NCBI GenBank assembly: GCA_963796275.1
Contig: CAWCKY010000003.1
Span: 352,001 to 416,000, forward strand
DNA length: 64,000 nt
Direction: 5' to 3'
From: an uncultured Acidobacteriota bacterium
GTDB lineage: Bacteria; Acidobacteriota; Blastocatellia; RBC074
Below are positions 30,685 to 39,497 of the stretch, in pieces (the stretch's first letter is position 1; each line of letters opens with the position of its first letter). Below the pieces are notes generated by a model. That model was not told where the DNA came from. It saw only the letters and a list, made by a program, of their open reading frames with translations, and did not search any database. Both the position numbers and the translations under genes were made by a program.

Positions 30685-33119
30685 GGCCAGAAGACCTCCT
30701 CATTGGTTGCCAGCAATACCTGCGCGTACTGTTCGACCGTTGCGCTGCCGAGATAGTTCACGCCTAGCTCGATTTCCGCAGGGGTCGGGGCACGTGAGAA
30801 TATCTTGCGATACAGAGAGCCGACCCGTGCCGCAGCGTCGCTCTCCTGTTGTACCGATTGGGCGAGCGCTCCGCTCAGTTGCTTCATAAACGGACTGTTC
30901 ATCACGAAAAGTTCTTGAAGCGGCGAGATGGTGAGATTACGAGCCGGGCTGTGCTGAAACGGATTGGGGAAATCGTAAAGACTGAGGAAGTCGCTCATTC
31001 GTCCCCTGTTGATCCTTCCATACACTGTGCGGCGGGTATTTCCCAGGGCGTCCACATCAAGCGACGGGCCGTACATCTCGAGAAACAGAAGCCCGGCAGC
31101 CTGCAGCAGCGAGTCGCGATAACTTTCGGCATCCAGGCGCCGCGGATTCATGCGCCAGATCAGCTGATTTGCCGCATCAACCTCGGTTGCATCTGCCCGG
31201 GGATGGCTCGATTGGCGATATGCCGCCGAGAGCATGATCTCCCGATGCAGCCATTTCAGCGACCAGCCATGTTCGATAAATCTGGCAGCCAGATCGTCCA
31301 GCAGCTCGGGATGTGAAGGTCTATCGCCCCGGTCCCCGAAATCGCTCGGAGTGCCGACCAGATGCTTGCCGAAATGCCAACCCCAGACACGGTTTACGAT
31401 GACACGCGCTGAAAGCGGTGCGGCATCGGTCAGTATCTTCTCGGCCAGTTCCAGCCGGCCCGATCCTTTTCTGAAGACCTCATCCGGGTTTTTTGACAGA
31501 ACGGCGAGGAATCGCCGTGGAACGATCTCTCCCGGAGAAGTAGAGCTTCCCCGCGCGAAGACAGGCAGGTCTCGCGCCTCACCCGGTTTTGCGACGATCG
31601 AGGTGAAGTCCGGATGCGAGCCGTCAGCCCACATCGCCGCGTCATAGACCGCGTTGATGAATGGCGCAGTTGGGTCTTCTTCCCTCTTCTTGCTTTTATC
31701 TGCCGCGGCGTCCTTGGGTGCGCCGATCCGGTCAATAATTTCGACCAGTTCCGGATAGCGTTCTTTCGCAAAGCCCATCTCCGCCTTGAGAGAGGCGATC
31801 TCCGTACGGCATTCTTCGACTTTCTGAAGCGACTCTTTCGGATTGCGACTTTTCTCTTTGGTCAGATAGTTCGCGAACGATGTCAGCTCCGCCACGCGCT
31901 GCCTCGCAAAGAGAAAGCGAGTCTCGGTCTCCGCATCCACTTCTCGCAGCGGCCTGATCGCCGGAGATGTGGACGCGAAGACGCCGGCCATCGCGTAATA
32001 ATCTTTAGTCGAGATGGGATCGAACTTGTGATCGTGGCAGCGCGCGCACGCTACCGTCAGCCCAAGAAAACCCCGGCTGACCGCATCGACGCGCTCATCC
32101 CATTCTTCCAGGAGAAGATTGTCGATGAGCTCCTTGCCCAGCATCTTCTCTTTCCACTCCGAAGGCGCCATTCCCAGATAGCCCAGCGCGCGCAGGTCGC
32201 TGCGCGAGGAGCCGGGCGCGTGGTCGGCCGCGAGTTGCAGTCTGATAAACCTGTCGTAGGGCAGGTCATTGTTGAAGGATTCGATAACCCAATCGCGATA
32301 GCGCCACGCATAAGGGTATGCCTGGCGGTTGCCCCCCGTGTCTCCGTTCTCCGCATAACGCGCGACATCGAGCCAATAACGGCCCCAGCGCTCGCCGTAT
32401 CGCGGCGAGGCCAGCAATCGGTCGAGCAGCTTCTCATAGCGTTTGGGGTCGCTGTCATTTGCGAATCGCTCAACCTCTTCGTAGCCCGGCCTCAACCCCA
32501 GTAAGTCGAGATAAGCGCGCCGGATCAGCGTTCCCGGGTCTGTCTCCGGCGATGGCTTCAGCCCTTTTTTTTCCAGGCCGGCGAGGATAAAGCTGTCCGT
32601 CTTGGTGCGCGGCCATGTGGTCTGTTTAACGGGCGGGGCGGGTTTCTCGTTGACGGGCTGAAATGACCACCACTGGCGGCCGCGATTGAAATCGATGGTT
32701 CGGGGTTTGGCGGATGCGACCGCTTCGGGGCTTTCACTGCGGGGATAATGCGCGCCCGCAGCGATCCATCGTTCGAAATCAGCGATCACAGCTTCGGAAA
32801 GCTTATCGGTAGGCGGCATCTTCAAGCGCAGGTCGTTGTAACGCATGGCGCGCAATAAGAGGCTCTCCGCCGGCTTCCCGGGCACTATCGCGGGCCCCGA
32901 ATCGCCCCCTTTCATCAGTCCCGATTTGGTGTCCAGCACCAATCCGCCCATCGGCGATTTCAATTTTGATGAATGGCAGGCGTAGCAATTATCAGCGAGG
33001 ACGGGGCGAATCTTCTTTTCGAAAAAATCGTCGTCGCTGGATTGAGCGCTCAGTTGACCGGCGATCAGGGTCAACAAAAACAGCCAGATGAGGGCCATTT
33101 TGAATTTTACGCGCGTCAT
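30681..33119 (-). CDS. Planctomycete cytochrome c / DUF1549-DUF1553 (PSD1) protein
   Basis: FFEKKIRPVLADNCYACH, ACARCHDHKFDPI, SHPELLDDLA; AGGAGG RBS before ATG 33119; overlaps the DUF1501 start. Confidence 0.92.
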   Translation of the reverse strand: MTRVKFKMALIWLFLLTLIAGQLSAQSSDDDFFEKKIRPVLADNCYACHSSKLKSPMGGLVLDTKSGLMKGGDSGPAIVPGKPAESLLLRAMRYNDLRLKMPPTDKLSEAVIADFERWIAAGAHYPRSESPEAVASAKPRTIDFNRGRQWWSFQPVNEKPAPPVKQTTWPRTKTDSFILAGLEKKGLKPSPETDPGTLIRRAYLDLLGLRPGYEEVERFANDSDPKRYEKLLDRLLASPRYGERWGRYWLDVARYAENGDTGGNRQAYPYAWRYRDWVIESFNNDLPYDRFIRLQLAADHAPGSSRSDLRALGYLGMAPSEWKEKMLGKELIDNLLLEEWDERVDAVSRGFLGLTVACARCHDHKFDPISTKDYYAMAGVFASTSPAIRPLREVDAETETRFLFARQRVAELTSFANYLTKEKSRNPKESLQKVEECRTEIASLKAEMGFAKERYPELVEIIDRIGAPKDAAADKSKKREEDPTAPFINAVYDAAMWADGSHPDFTSIVAKPGEARDLPVFARGSSTSPGEIVPRRFLAVLSKNPDEVFRKGSGRLELAEKILTDAAPLSARVIVNRVWGWHFGKHLVGTPSDFGDRGDRPSHPELLDDLAARFIEHGWSLKWLHREIMLSAAYRQSSHPRADATEVDAANQLIWRMNPRRLDAESYRDSLLQAAGLLFLEMYGPSLDVDALGNTRRTVYGRINRGRMSDFLSLYDFPNPFQHSPARNLTISPLQELFVMNSPFMKQLSGALAQSVQQESDAAARVGSLYRKIFSRAPTPAEIELGVNYLGSATVEQYAQVLLATNEEVFWP

Positions 33120-33384
33120 CCCAACCTCCTGAGGCACCTGTAAAGCCGGGCCGTTAGATTAATATCAAGTATTCATTGGATTTTCGTGAGTTGCTTATGT
33201 ACCACAAGAGAGAGAAGGACGGCAACTTAAGGTCGTTTGGAGGCAGAGGTGCAATGGTGATTATTTTATCGGATCAGCCTTGGTTTCTCTATGATAATAA
33301 TCAATGACATGTTCGCAATCCGGGCCATAGATCGTGAAGAGTGAAGCCCCGCGGGGTGACCGGTTAGCTTCATGTGTCTGGTAA

Positions 33385-33789
33385 TTAATGTTTCACCAGA
33401 GGCGAGATGTAAAACCGCCCTTGAATGATCTCATATACCGCCGGAACGAGCTCCTGACTGGCCGCCAGCTTCAAAACATATCCCTTTGCGCCAGCCGACA
33501 TCCCTTCCTCTACCATCGTCCGATCGTTATGCATGGTGAGCAATATTATCCTCGCCTCGAGGTCTTCCTCGACAATTTTCCGAGTTGCCTCTATCCCGCT
33601 CATTTCAGGCATGGTGATGTCGGCGATGATTACGTCAGGTTTGAAATTCTTGACCGCATGAAGCAAATCGCGCCCGTCACGCACCGCTGCTACAACCTCG
33701 AACTCCGGCTGCAGCACCTCCTTCACGAGGCTGAGCATCTCCTCGTGGTCATCGGCTACTACTATTCTGATTTTACTCACTGGGACCAT
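33385..33789 (-). CDS. Stand-alone response regulator receiver (NarL-like REC without HTH)
   Basis: VVADDH, ADITMPEMSG, LLTMH, GYVLK; ends at FYISPLVKH. Confidence 0.88.
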   Translation of the reverse strand: MVPVSKIRIVVADDHEEMLSLVKEVLQPEFEVVAAVRDGRDLLHAVKNFKPDVIIADITMPEMSGIEATRKIVEEDLEARIILLTMHNDRTMVEEGMSAGAKGYVLKLAASQELVPAVYEIIQGRFYISPLVKH

Positions 33790-33936
33790 CCGAATCAGGG
33801 GGAATCCTCGCATTGGCAGTTGACAGAGCAATGCGCTTTTTTGAGCCTCTTGTTAATTAAATAATCGTGATAATGACGGTAATAAATATATAAAATTATT
33901 ATATGGCTTCAAGAAAGCTCGTTTACCCAACTCCGC

Positions 33937-34395
33937 TCACCCCCCCCCTTGTACACCCAGTATAGAGAGATTGGTCGGTCTCATCATTGTAGACGTTTTA
34001 GATGCGATTAACAATTGCCTTTTGAGAGGCGAGTTTAATCGCCATTCTAAATATTTAATCTTGAAGCTGGGTGCGAGCGGCAAGCAGCTCAAGACGTGAA
34101 GGCGAGCGATGCGAGTACGCGACTGATCGGTGTGCCATATCCTGACCCAGAATAAACGAGTCTCTCCCTCGACCACGAAGAGGGAATCGCTCTGCACGAT
34201 CGGCGCCGGATTTACAGTGCCACCAGCGCGCAAGGCGTCGAATAGTTCCGGTAAATAAGACCGGAATTCATCGCGCTCTACGCTGGCGTTCTGTTCGTCA
34301 AATTCGGCGGGCGGGAGCTCGACTGGTGAGGTTGATTCGAGCAGCAGTCGCGCGGCGGCGACTGAAGCCTGTTCACGTCTCTTGTGGATTCCCAT
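33937..34395 (-). CDS. Hypothetical protein
   Basis: 152-aa ATG ORF with AGGTG RBS-like sequence, co-oriented with neighbours; no recognised motif. Confidence 0.55.
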   Translation of the reverse strand: MGIHKRREQASVAAARLLLESTSPVELPPAEFDEQNASVERDEFRSYLPELFDALRAGGTVNPAPIVQSDSLFVVEGETRLFWVRIWHTDQSRTRIARLHVLSCLPLAPSFKIKYLEWRLNSPLKRQLLIASKTSTMMRPTNLSILGVQGGG

Positions 34396-34472
34396 GGTTC
34401 ACCTATGCCTGGTATAGACACGACCAGCGCTGTCAGGCTTTCCTACTGCGCTGGTCGTGTTCCCATGGGAAA

Positions 34473-34508
34473 CCGGCAATGGGGGCAACGGGGCAACGGG
34501 GCAACCGG
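34473..34508 (+). repeat. Tandem 8-bp CGGGGCAA repeat
   Basis: ccggcaat gggggcaa cggggcaa cggggcaa ccgg. Confidence 0.75.
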
Positions 34509-34520
34509 TACCTGGATTAA

Positions 34521-35135
34521 TTAGAACCGGAAGACAAATCCCGCTGATGGTTGCGCCGTGTGTGTGGTCCTTCCGGAATTCAAAGCGGCAATTCCGAAGT
34601 CAGGACGATCATACACCAGACCGCGGTACTCGAGCCTGAAAGCAAAGCGTTCATTGATGTCAAGGTCGGTGCCGGCGCCATAAAGGAAAACTCCCTTGTT
34701 CTGGCCATCAGCCCCAACCACCAATCCGCCGGGGTTGCGGGTGGGATCGAAGTTTAATACTCCTGCCCCAGCTAGGACAAATGGTCTGAGCCGGTAAATT
34801 TTCTGCGGCGCTTTTACAACCAGAGCTCCGGTAATCTGGTGGACATTGGATTGAATGTTGAAGGCGCCCGCCGGTGTGAGGTTCTGCGACGTATTACGAG
34901 TGTAACCGTAGCTTCCATCGGTAGCGAGCCAGTTGTTGATATGGAAACGATAACTGGTGAGCAGGCCGCCCGAATCAGTCGTGTGTTGTCTGATCCCATT
35001 ACCAGTCGTATCGTTGGTGAAGAAGCCTGTACCCTGCACGCTCACCTCGTTTTTTCGCTGTTCCTGCGCCAGTGAGGCTGATGCGAGCACTACTACTGCG
35101 AACATTCCTGCAAAAATGGTCTTGAACTTAATCAT
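34521..35135 (-). CDS. Outer-membrane beta-barrel protein (8-stranded OmpA/PagL-like)
   Basis: Signal peptide ASLA-Q, amphipathic strands, RPFVLAGAG, C-terminal GFVFRF. Confidence 0.88.
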   Translation of the reverse strand: MIKFKTIFAGMFAVVVLASASLAQEQRKNEVSVQGTGFFTNDTTGNGIRQHTTDSGGLLTSYRFHINNWLATDGSYGYTRNTSQNLTPAGAFNIQSNVHQITGALVVKAPQKIYRLRPFVLAGAGVLNFDPTRNPGGLVVGADGQNKGVFLYGAGTDLDINERFAFRLEYRGLVYDRPDFGIAALNSGRTTHTAQPSAGFVFRF

Positions 35136-35275
35136 TAACCTTCTCCTAGTTATTATTTGTTGAGCTAAACTAATTAATCGTTATTCTCTGATTCAACCAA
35201 GGTCCCTTACGATCCCGGACACTCAAGTGTTCCATTGCCTGTTAACCGTCGTTATCAATCGTCGCTATCAATCAT

Positions 35276-35291
35276 TGCAACAGCTTTGCCA
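35276..35291 (-). promoter_or_regulatory. Sigma54 (-24/-12) promoter of the beta-barrel gene
   Basis: Minus strand TGGCAAAGCTGTTGCA = GG-N10-GC, about 140 nt upstream of the ATG. Confidence 0.8.
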
Positions 35292-35389
35292 GCACGCCTC
35301 GATTCAGGAGGATTCATCTCATGTCTTTAAAAATACTATGGATATTGGCTGAGATCGGATGGCTCTTTCGCCGATGAAAGTAAAAGCGG

Positions 35390-35425
35390 GTGATCGAATG
35401 ACGTCAGGTGACGAATTATAGTCAC
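35390..35425. promoter_or_regulatory. Tandem GTGAC-N8-GTCAC enhancer-like sites
   Basis: gtgat-cgaatgac-gtcag (35390-35407) abutting gtgac-gaattata-gtcac (35408-35425). Confidence 0.7.
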
Positions 35426-35494
35426 CGGTATGGAACAGATTCCATACCCAAGATTTTATTTGGGCCTGTGAGGTTTCTCAGTTTCCCGATTTTA

Positions 35495-37558
35495 TTATTT
35501 CAGCAGAGGGCGAGTGATGCCTAGTTTACGCAGCCTGTTATTAAGGGTCGTCCGATTCAATCCGAGCTTGGCCGCTGCCCCGGTGGGCCCGCCGATAACC
35601 CAATTCGATTCCCGCAGCACGTGCAGGATATGACGGCGTTCCACATCTTCCAGGCTCTCGGTCCGATCCAACGATGCTTTCGCCGGCTGTCTCAATTCGG
35701 CCAGCGGAATTTCGAGCACAGGCCCGCGCGTGAGGATAACGGCGCGCTCGATGAGGTTCTGCAGCTCACGGATATTGCCGGGCCAGTGATAACTGCGGAG
35801 CATCGCCATCGACTCGCCCGGAATCTTATCAATTCTTTTTTTCATTTGCTGGGCAAACTTGTGAGCGAAGAAATGGACGAGCGTGGGGATGTCTTCCGGG
35901 CGCTCGCGCAGCGGCGGCAGAGCGATCGGAATAACATTGAGCCGATAATAGAGGTCGTTGCGAAACTTCTTCTCGTCAATCATCCGGACCAGGTCGATGT
36001 TGGTCGCCGCAACTACCCGGACATCGACGCGAATTGTCTTTGAACTGCCCAGTCGTTCGAATTCATGCTCCTGGAGGACGCGCAGAAGTTTCGGCTGAAG
36101 TTCGAGCGGAATGTCCTCGACTTCATCGAGGAAGATCGTCCCCTGGTGGGCGGTTTCAAAACGGCCGATGCGCCGCTCGATCGCACCGGTAAATGCGCCC
36201 TTCTCGTGACCGAACATCTCGCTTTCAAGCAGGCCGGTCGGAATCGCTCCGCAGTTGACTTTCACCAGAGTGAACCCGCGCCGCGGGCTCAGGTTGTGAA
36301 TGGCGCGTGCGATCAGCTCTTTGCCTGTGCCGGTCTCCCCATAAATCAGTACGCTCGAGTCGGTGTTTGCGACCGTCTCCACCTGCTCCAGCACGCGCCG
36401 GAGAGCAGGGCTATTGCCGATGATCTCTTCGAAGTTGTGGCCGGTCCGGATCTCTTCCTCGAGGTAGAGCTTCTCCTCTTCCAGTTTGCGCTTGAGCGCA
36501 TCGATCTTGCGGAACGACAGCGCGTTCTCCACGGCAATTGCGACCTGTTTGGCGATCTGTTCGAGAAGCTCCGCATCGCTCCCGCTGAATGCATTATCGC
36601 GCAAGCTGGCCACGCTCAGGATGCCGAGCGCGCGGTCGTGCCAGATGAGCGGGACGATAATGCACGAATTCACCCCGGCCGCGGCGAAGCGTCTCCCGAC
36701 AGGCGACTGCGCGTCGTTGCTGCCGAGCACGACAGTCTGCCGCGTCATGTAAACCGCGCCCGCCGGGTCGTCTTTGAAGGGTATGATTTCGCCTTCGATA
36801 AAGAGGTCTTCATTCGACGGAAATTCCAACGCTGAGACGCGCAGTTGATCGGTCTGGGAATCATAGAGCGCCAGGCCAGCCACGTCGTGCGGGACCACTT
36901 TGCGCAGACAGACCGAGATCGCCGTCAGGAGTTCGCGCAGATTGAGATTCGAGATCAGCATATTGTTGATCTCCAACAGCAGTTGCGAGCGGTCGCGTTC
37001 GCGCGCCAGCTGTTGCTGATAGCATTGTGCTTCCTGGAAGTTGAATGCGTTGTCCACTGCGATTGCGATCTGAGCCGCCACCAGCCGCGCGAATTCGAGG
37101 TCGAGCCGATCGTATGCGCCCGCCTTGTCGCTCGCTATGTTGAGGACTCCCACTCTCTGATGCGCCGTGGTCAGTGGCATGCTTATGAAAGATTTCACCG
37201 GATATTTGCCGCGCATAGTTTGTGCGATCGGGAAGCGCGTCTCCTGATCCGCGTCGTGGACGACGACGGGCTCCTGATTCTGCCAGACCCAGCCGGTTAT
37301 GGATCCTTCGATGGGGACTTCATCGGGTAATTGCCGGAACGCGGGTTCGCTTGTCTCCAGTATGTGTAATCGCATGACATCCCGTGCGCCATCGTGCAGC
37401 ATGAAACTGATCGATTTGTATTCGAAAAGATGATGCAAACGCGTGGATAGGTCGTGGAATAGGTCGTCGAGGTTCCGGTGCGATGCGATGACTTTCGAGA
37501 GTTCGAGCAGCGTCAGATACTGCTGTTGTTCGACATCAAAGTCTTCAACGGCGCTCAT
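35495..37558 (-). CDS. FhlA-like sigma54-dependent activator (GAF-GAF-AAA+-Fis HTH)
   Basis: GETGTGKE, GAFTGA, FLDEV, WPGNIRELQN, AAAKLGLNRTTL; two N-terminal GAF-like domains; RBS before ATG 37558. Confidence 0.93.
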   Translation of the reverse strand: MSAVEDFDVEQQQYLTLLELSKVIASHRNLDDLFHDLSTRLHHLFEYKSISFMLHDGARDVMRLHILETSEPAFRQLPDEVPIEGSITGWVWQNQEPVVVHDADQETRFPIAQTMRGKYPVKSFISMPLTTAHQRVGVLNIASDKAGAYDRLDLEFARLVAAQIAIAVDNAFNFQEAQCYQQQLARERDRSQLLLEINNMLISNLNLRELLTAISVCLRKVVPHDVAGLALYDSQTDQLRVSALEFPSNEDLFIEGEIIPFKDDPAGAVYMTRQTVVLGSNDAQSPVGRRFAAAGVNSCIIVPLIWHDRALGILSVASLRDNAFSGSDAELLEQIAKQVAIAVENALSFRKIDALKRKLEEEKLYLEEEIRTGHNFEEIIGNSPALRRVLEQVETVANTDSSVLIYGETGTGKELIARAIHNLSPRRGFTLVKVNCGAIPTGLLESEMFGHEKGAFTGAIERRIGRFETAHQGTIFLDEVEDIPLELQPKLLRVLQEHEFERLGSSKTIRVDVRVVAATNIDLVRMIDEKKFRNDLYYRLNVIPIALPPLRERPEDIPTLVHFFAHKFAQQMKKRIDKIPGESMAMLRSYHWPGNIRELQNLIERAVILTRGPVLEIPLAELRQPAKASLDRTESLEDVERRHILHVLRESNWVIGGPTGAAAKLGLNRTTLNNRLRKLGITRPLLK

Positions 37559-37648
37559 GGGTCGGTTTCTCCCTTCCTTCTCTGCACTCACTGCACTTAA
37601 TATTATTCGTTTTCGTTATGACTCCCAGCCCAGTTTCCCATTATATCA

Positions 37649-37684
37649 GTGACCATAATTAACCAGATGGCCGTATTCGGTCAC
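37649..37684. promoter_or_regulatory. Tandem degenerate GTGAC-N8-GTCAC enhancer-like sites
   Basis: gtgac-cataatta-accag (37649-37666) abutting atggc-cgtattcg-gtcac (37667-37684). Confidence 0.6.
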
Positions 37685-37767
37685 CGCTCATATCGATCCA
37701 TCCTCCTTCGTAACAGTTATTCCCTGTAAATAGAACGAGTTAGCTGATTCTGGAAATGTTTGATATA

Positions 37768-37783
37768 TGGCAAGGGAGTTGCT
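37768..37783 (+). promoter_or_regulatory. Sigma54 (-24/-12) promoter of the STAS-RND operon
   Basis: TGGCAAGGGAGTTGCT = GG-N10-GC, 45 nt upstream of ATG 37828. Confidence 0.85.
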
Positions 37784-37827
37784 GCTATTTCTTACTGCTC
37801 TTCCTATTCCCCGAAGGGTGGACTTCG

Positions 37828-38097
37828 ATGCTCAGAATTACAACATTCGATAATGATAAGGAGACGAGATTCATCGTTGAGGGGAAGCTTGCGGGGCCGT
37901 GGGTGGCGGAACTGGAGAGATGCTGGCAAGCGGTTGCCTCAGTCCGGCCTAGTCCCCCTATCCTGGTGGATTTAACAGCCGTGAGTTATGTTGATTTGGA
38001 GGGAAAGGAACTTTTAACGAGGATGCGAGGCAGTGGGACCCAGATATTGGTCGCCAGCCTGATGAACGGTGCTATTTTTGATTCAACCGATAGGTGA
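37828..38097 (+). CDS. Small STAS-like domain protein
   Basis: MLRIT...VEGKLAGPWVAELERCW...VDLTAVSYVDLEGKELL. Confidence 0.85.
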   Translation: MLRITTFDNDKETRFIVEGKLAGPWVAELERCWQAVASVRPSPPILVDLTAVSYVDLEGKELLTRMRGSGTQILVASLMNGAIFDSTDR

Positions 38098-39383
38098 ACG
38101 TGAAGACTCTCCATAGGCTCAAGCTATTCTTTACTCTGTCTGCGGCGATCGTCCTTGTGCAAACGGGTTGTGCCACAAAAGGGCAGGATCAGGCCGCTCC
38201 AATGCCGCCGAGTGTCGAGGTTGTCCAGGTCGAGCAGCGGGATGTGCCGATATACAGCGAATGGATCGGCACTTTGGATGGTATGGTGAATGCGGAAATC
38301 CGAGCGCAGGTTTCCGGATATCTGCTCAGACAGGTCTACGGTGAAGGCTCATATGTCAGGAAGGGCCAGTTATTGTTCGAGATCGACCCTCGTCCCTTCC
38401 AGGCAGCGGTCGATCAGGCCAAGGGCGACTTAGCGAAAGCGAACGCGCAGCTGGCGCAGGCCGATGGTCAACTGCTGCAGGCGCAGGCGCAACTGGCGCA
38501 GGCCGAGGCGAACCAGGGCAAGACCCAGCTCGATGTCGATCGCTATGCTCCGCTGGCCAAAGAGAAAGCGATCACCGCCCAGGATCTCGATAATGCCGTC
38601 CAGGCGAACCTCGCCGCTAAAGCGCAGGTAAAAGCTTCGGGTGCCGGTGTCGAGACGGCGAAAGCCGCGATCGTAGCAGCCAAGGCGACGATCGCCGCTG
38701 CCGAAGCTACGGTGAAGACCGCCCAGCTCAATCTCGGCTTTACGCTTATCACTTCACCTATTGATGGCATCGCGGGTATCGCTCAGGCGCAGGTGGGAAA
38801 TCTGGTCAATCCCAGCAGCGGAGCTCTCACCACGGTCTCGACGCTTGACCCGATCAAAGTCTATTTCACGCCGACTGAGCAGGAGTATCTCAACTTCACC
38901 AGAACCAATCCGACGCAGAGCCAGCGTGACGCGGCTGGTAGAAGGCTCGAGCTGGAGCTGATCCTGGTGGATGGCACTATTTATCCGCAGAAGGGGCGGT
39001 TCTATGTGGCGGACCGGCAGGTCGATCAGAAGACCGGTGCGATCCGGCTGGCCGGCATTTTCCCGAACAAAGGCAATACTCTCCGTCCCGGCCAATATGG
39101 CAGGGTCCGCGCTGTGACGTCTATGAAACCTGACGCGCTCCTCATTCCGCAACGTGCTGTTTCTGAACTTCAGGGGAGCTACCGGGTAGCAGTGGTCGGC
39201 GGTGACAACAAGGTGAGCATTCGGTCCGTCAAGGTCGGCAATCGGGTCGATTCTATGTGGATCATCGAGGAAGGGCTGCAAGTGGGTGAGCGGGTAGTCG
39301 CTGAGGGCATTCAGAAAGTTAGGCCGGATATGATCGTAAATCCGAAACCGTTTGTCAGCGCATCTCCCATTGCGGAGCGGTAG
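38094..39383 (+). CDS. RND efflux periplasmic adaptor (MFP) lipoprotein
   Basis: Lipobox QTG-C, EIRAQVSG, LLFEIDPRPF, ITSPIDGIAG, LRPGQY. Confidence 0.93.
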   Translation: MNVKTLHRLKLFFTLSAAIVLVQTGCATKGQDQAAPMPPSVEVVQVEQRDVPIYSEWIGTLDGMVNAEIRAQVSGYLLRQVYGEGSYVRKGQLLFEIDPRPFQAAVDQAKGDLAKANAQLAQADGQLLQAQAQLAQAEANQGKTQLDVDRYAPLAKEKAITAQDLDNAVQANLAAKAQVKASGAGVETAKAAIVAAKATIAAAEATVKTAQLNLGFTLITSPIDGIAGIAQAQVGNLVNPSSGALTTVSTLDPIKVYFTPTEQEYLNFTRTNPTQSQRDAAGRRLELELILVDGTIYPQKGRFYVADRQVDQKTGAIRLAGIFPNKGNTLRPGQYGRVRAVTSMKPDALLIPQRAVSELQGSYRVAVVGGDNKVSIRSVKVGNRVDSMWIIEEGLQVGERVVAEGIQKVRPDMIVNPKPFVSASPIAER

Positions 39384-39497
39384 GAATTGTAAATGAGGAT
39401 CATTGGCAAAAAACGCGAAAAACAATAAACGCAAGCGACGAACCCGTCATGCATTCGTGTTTTTTTGGGTGAATCAGCCTCTGCCATCGGAAAGCTT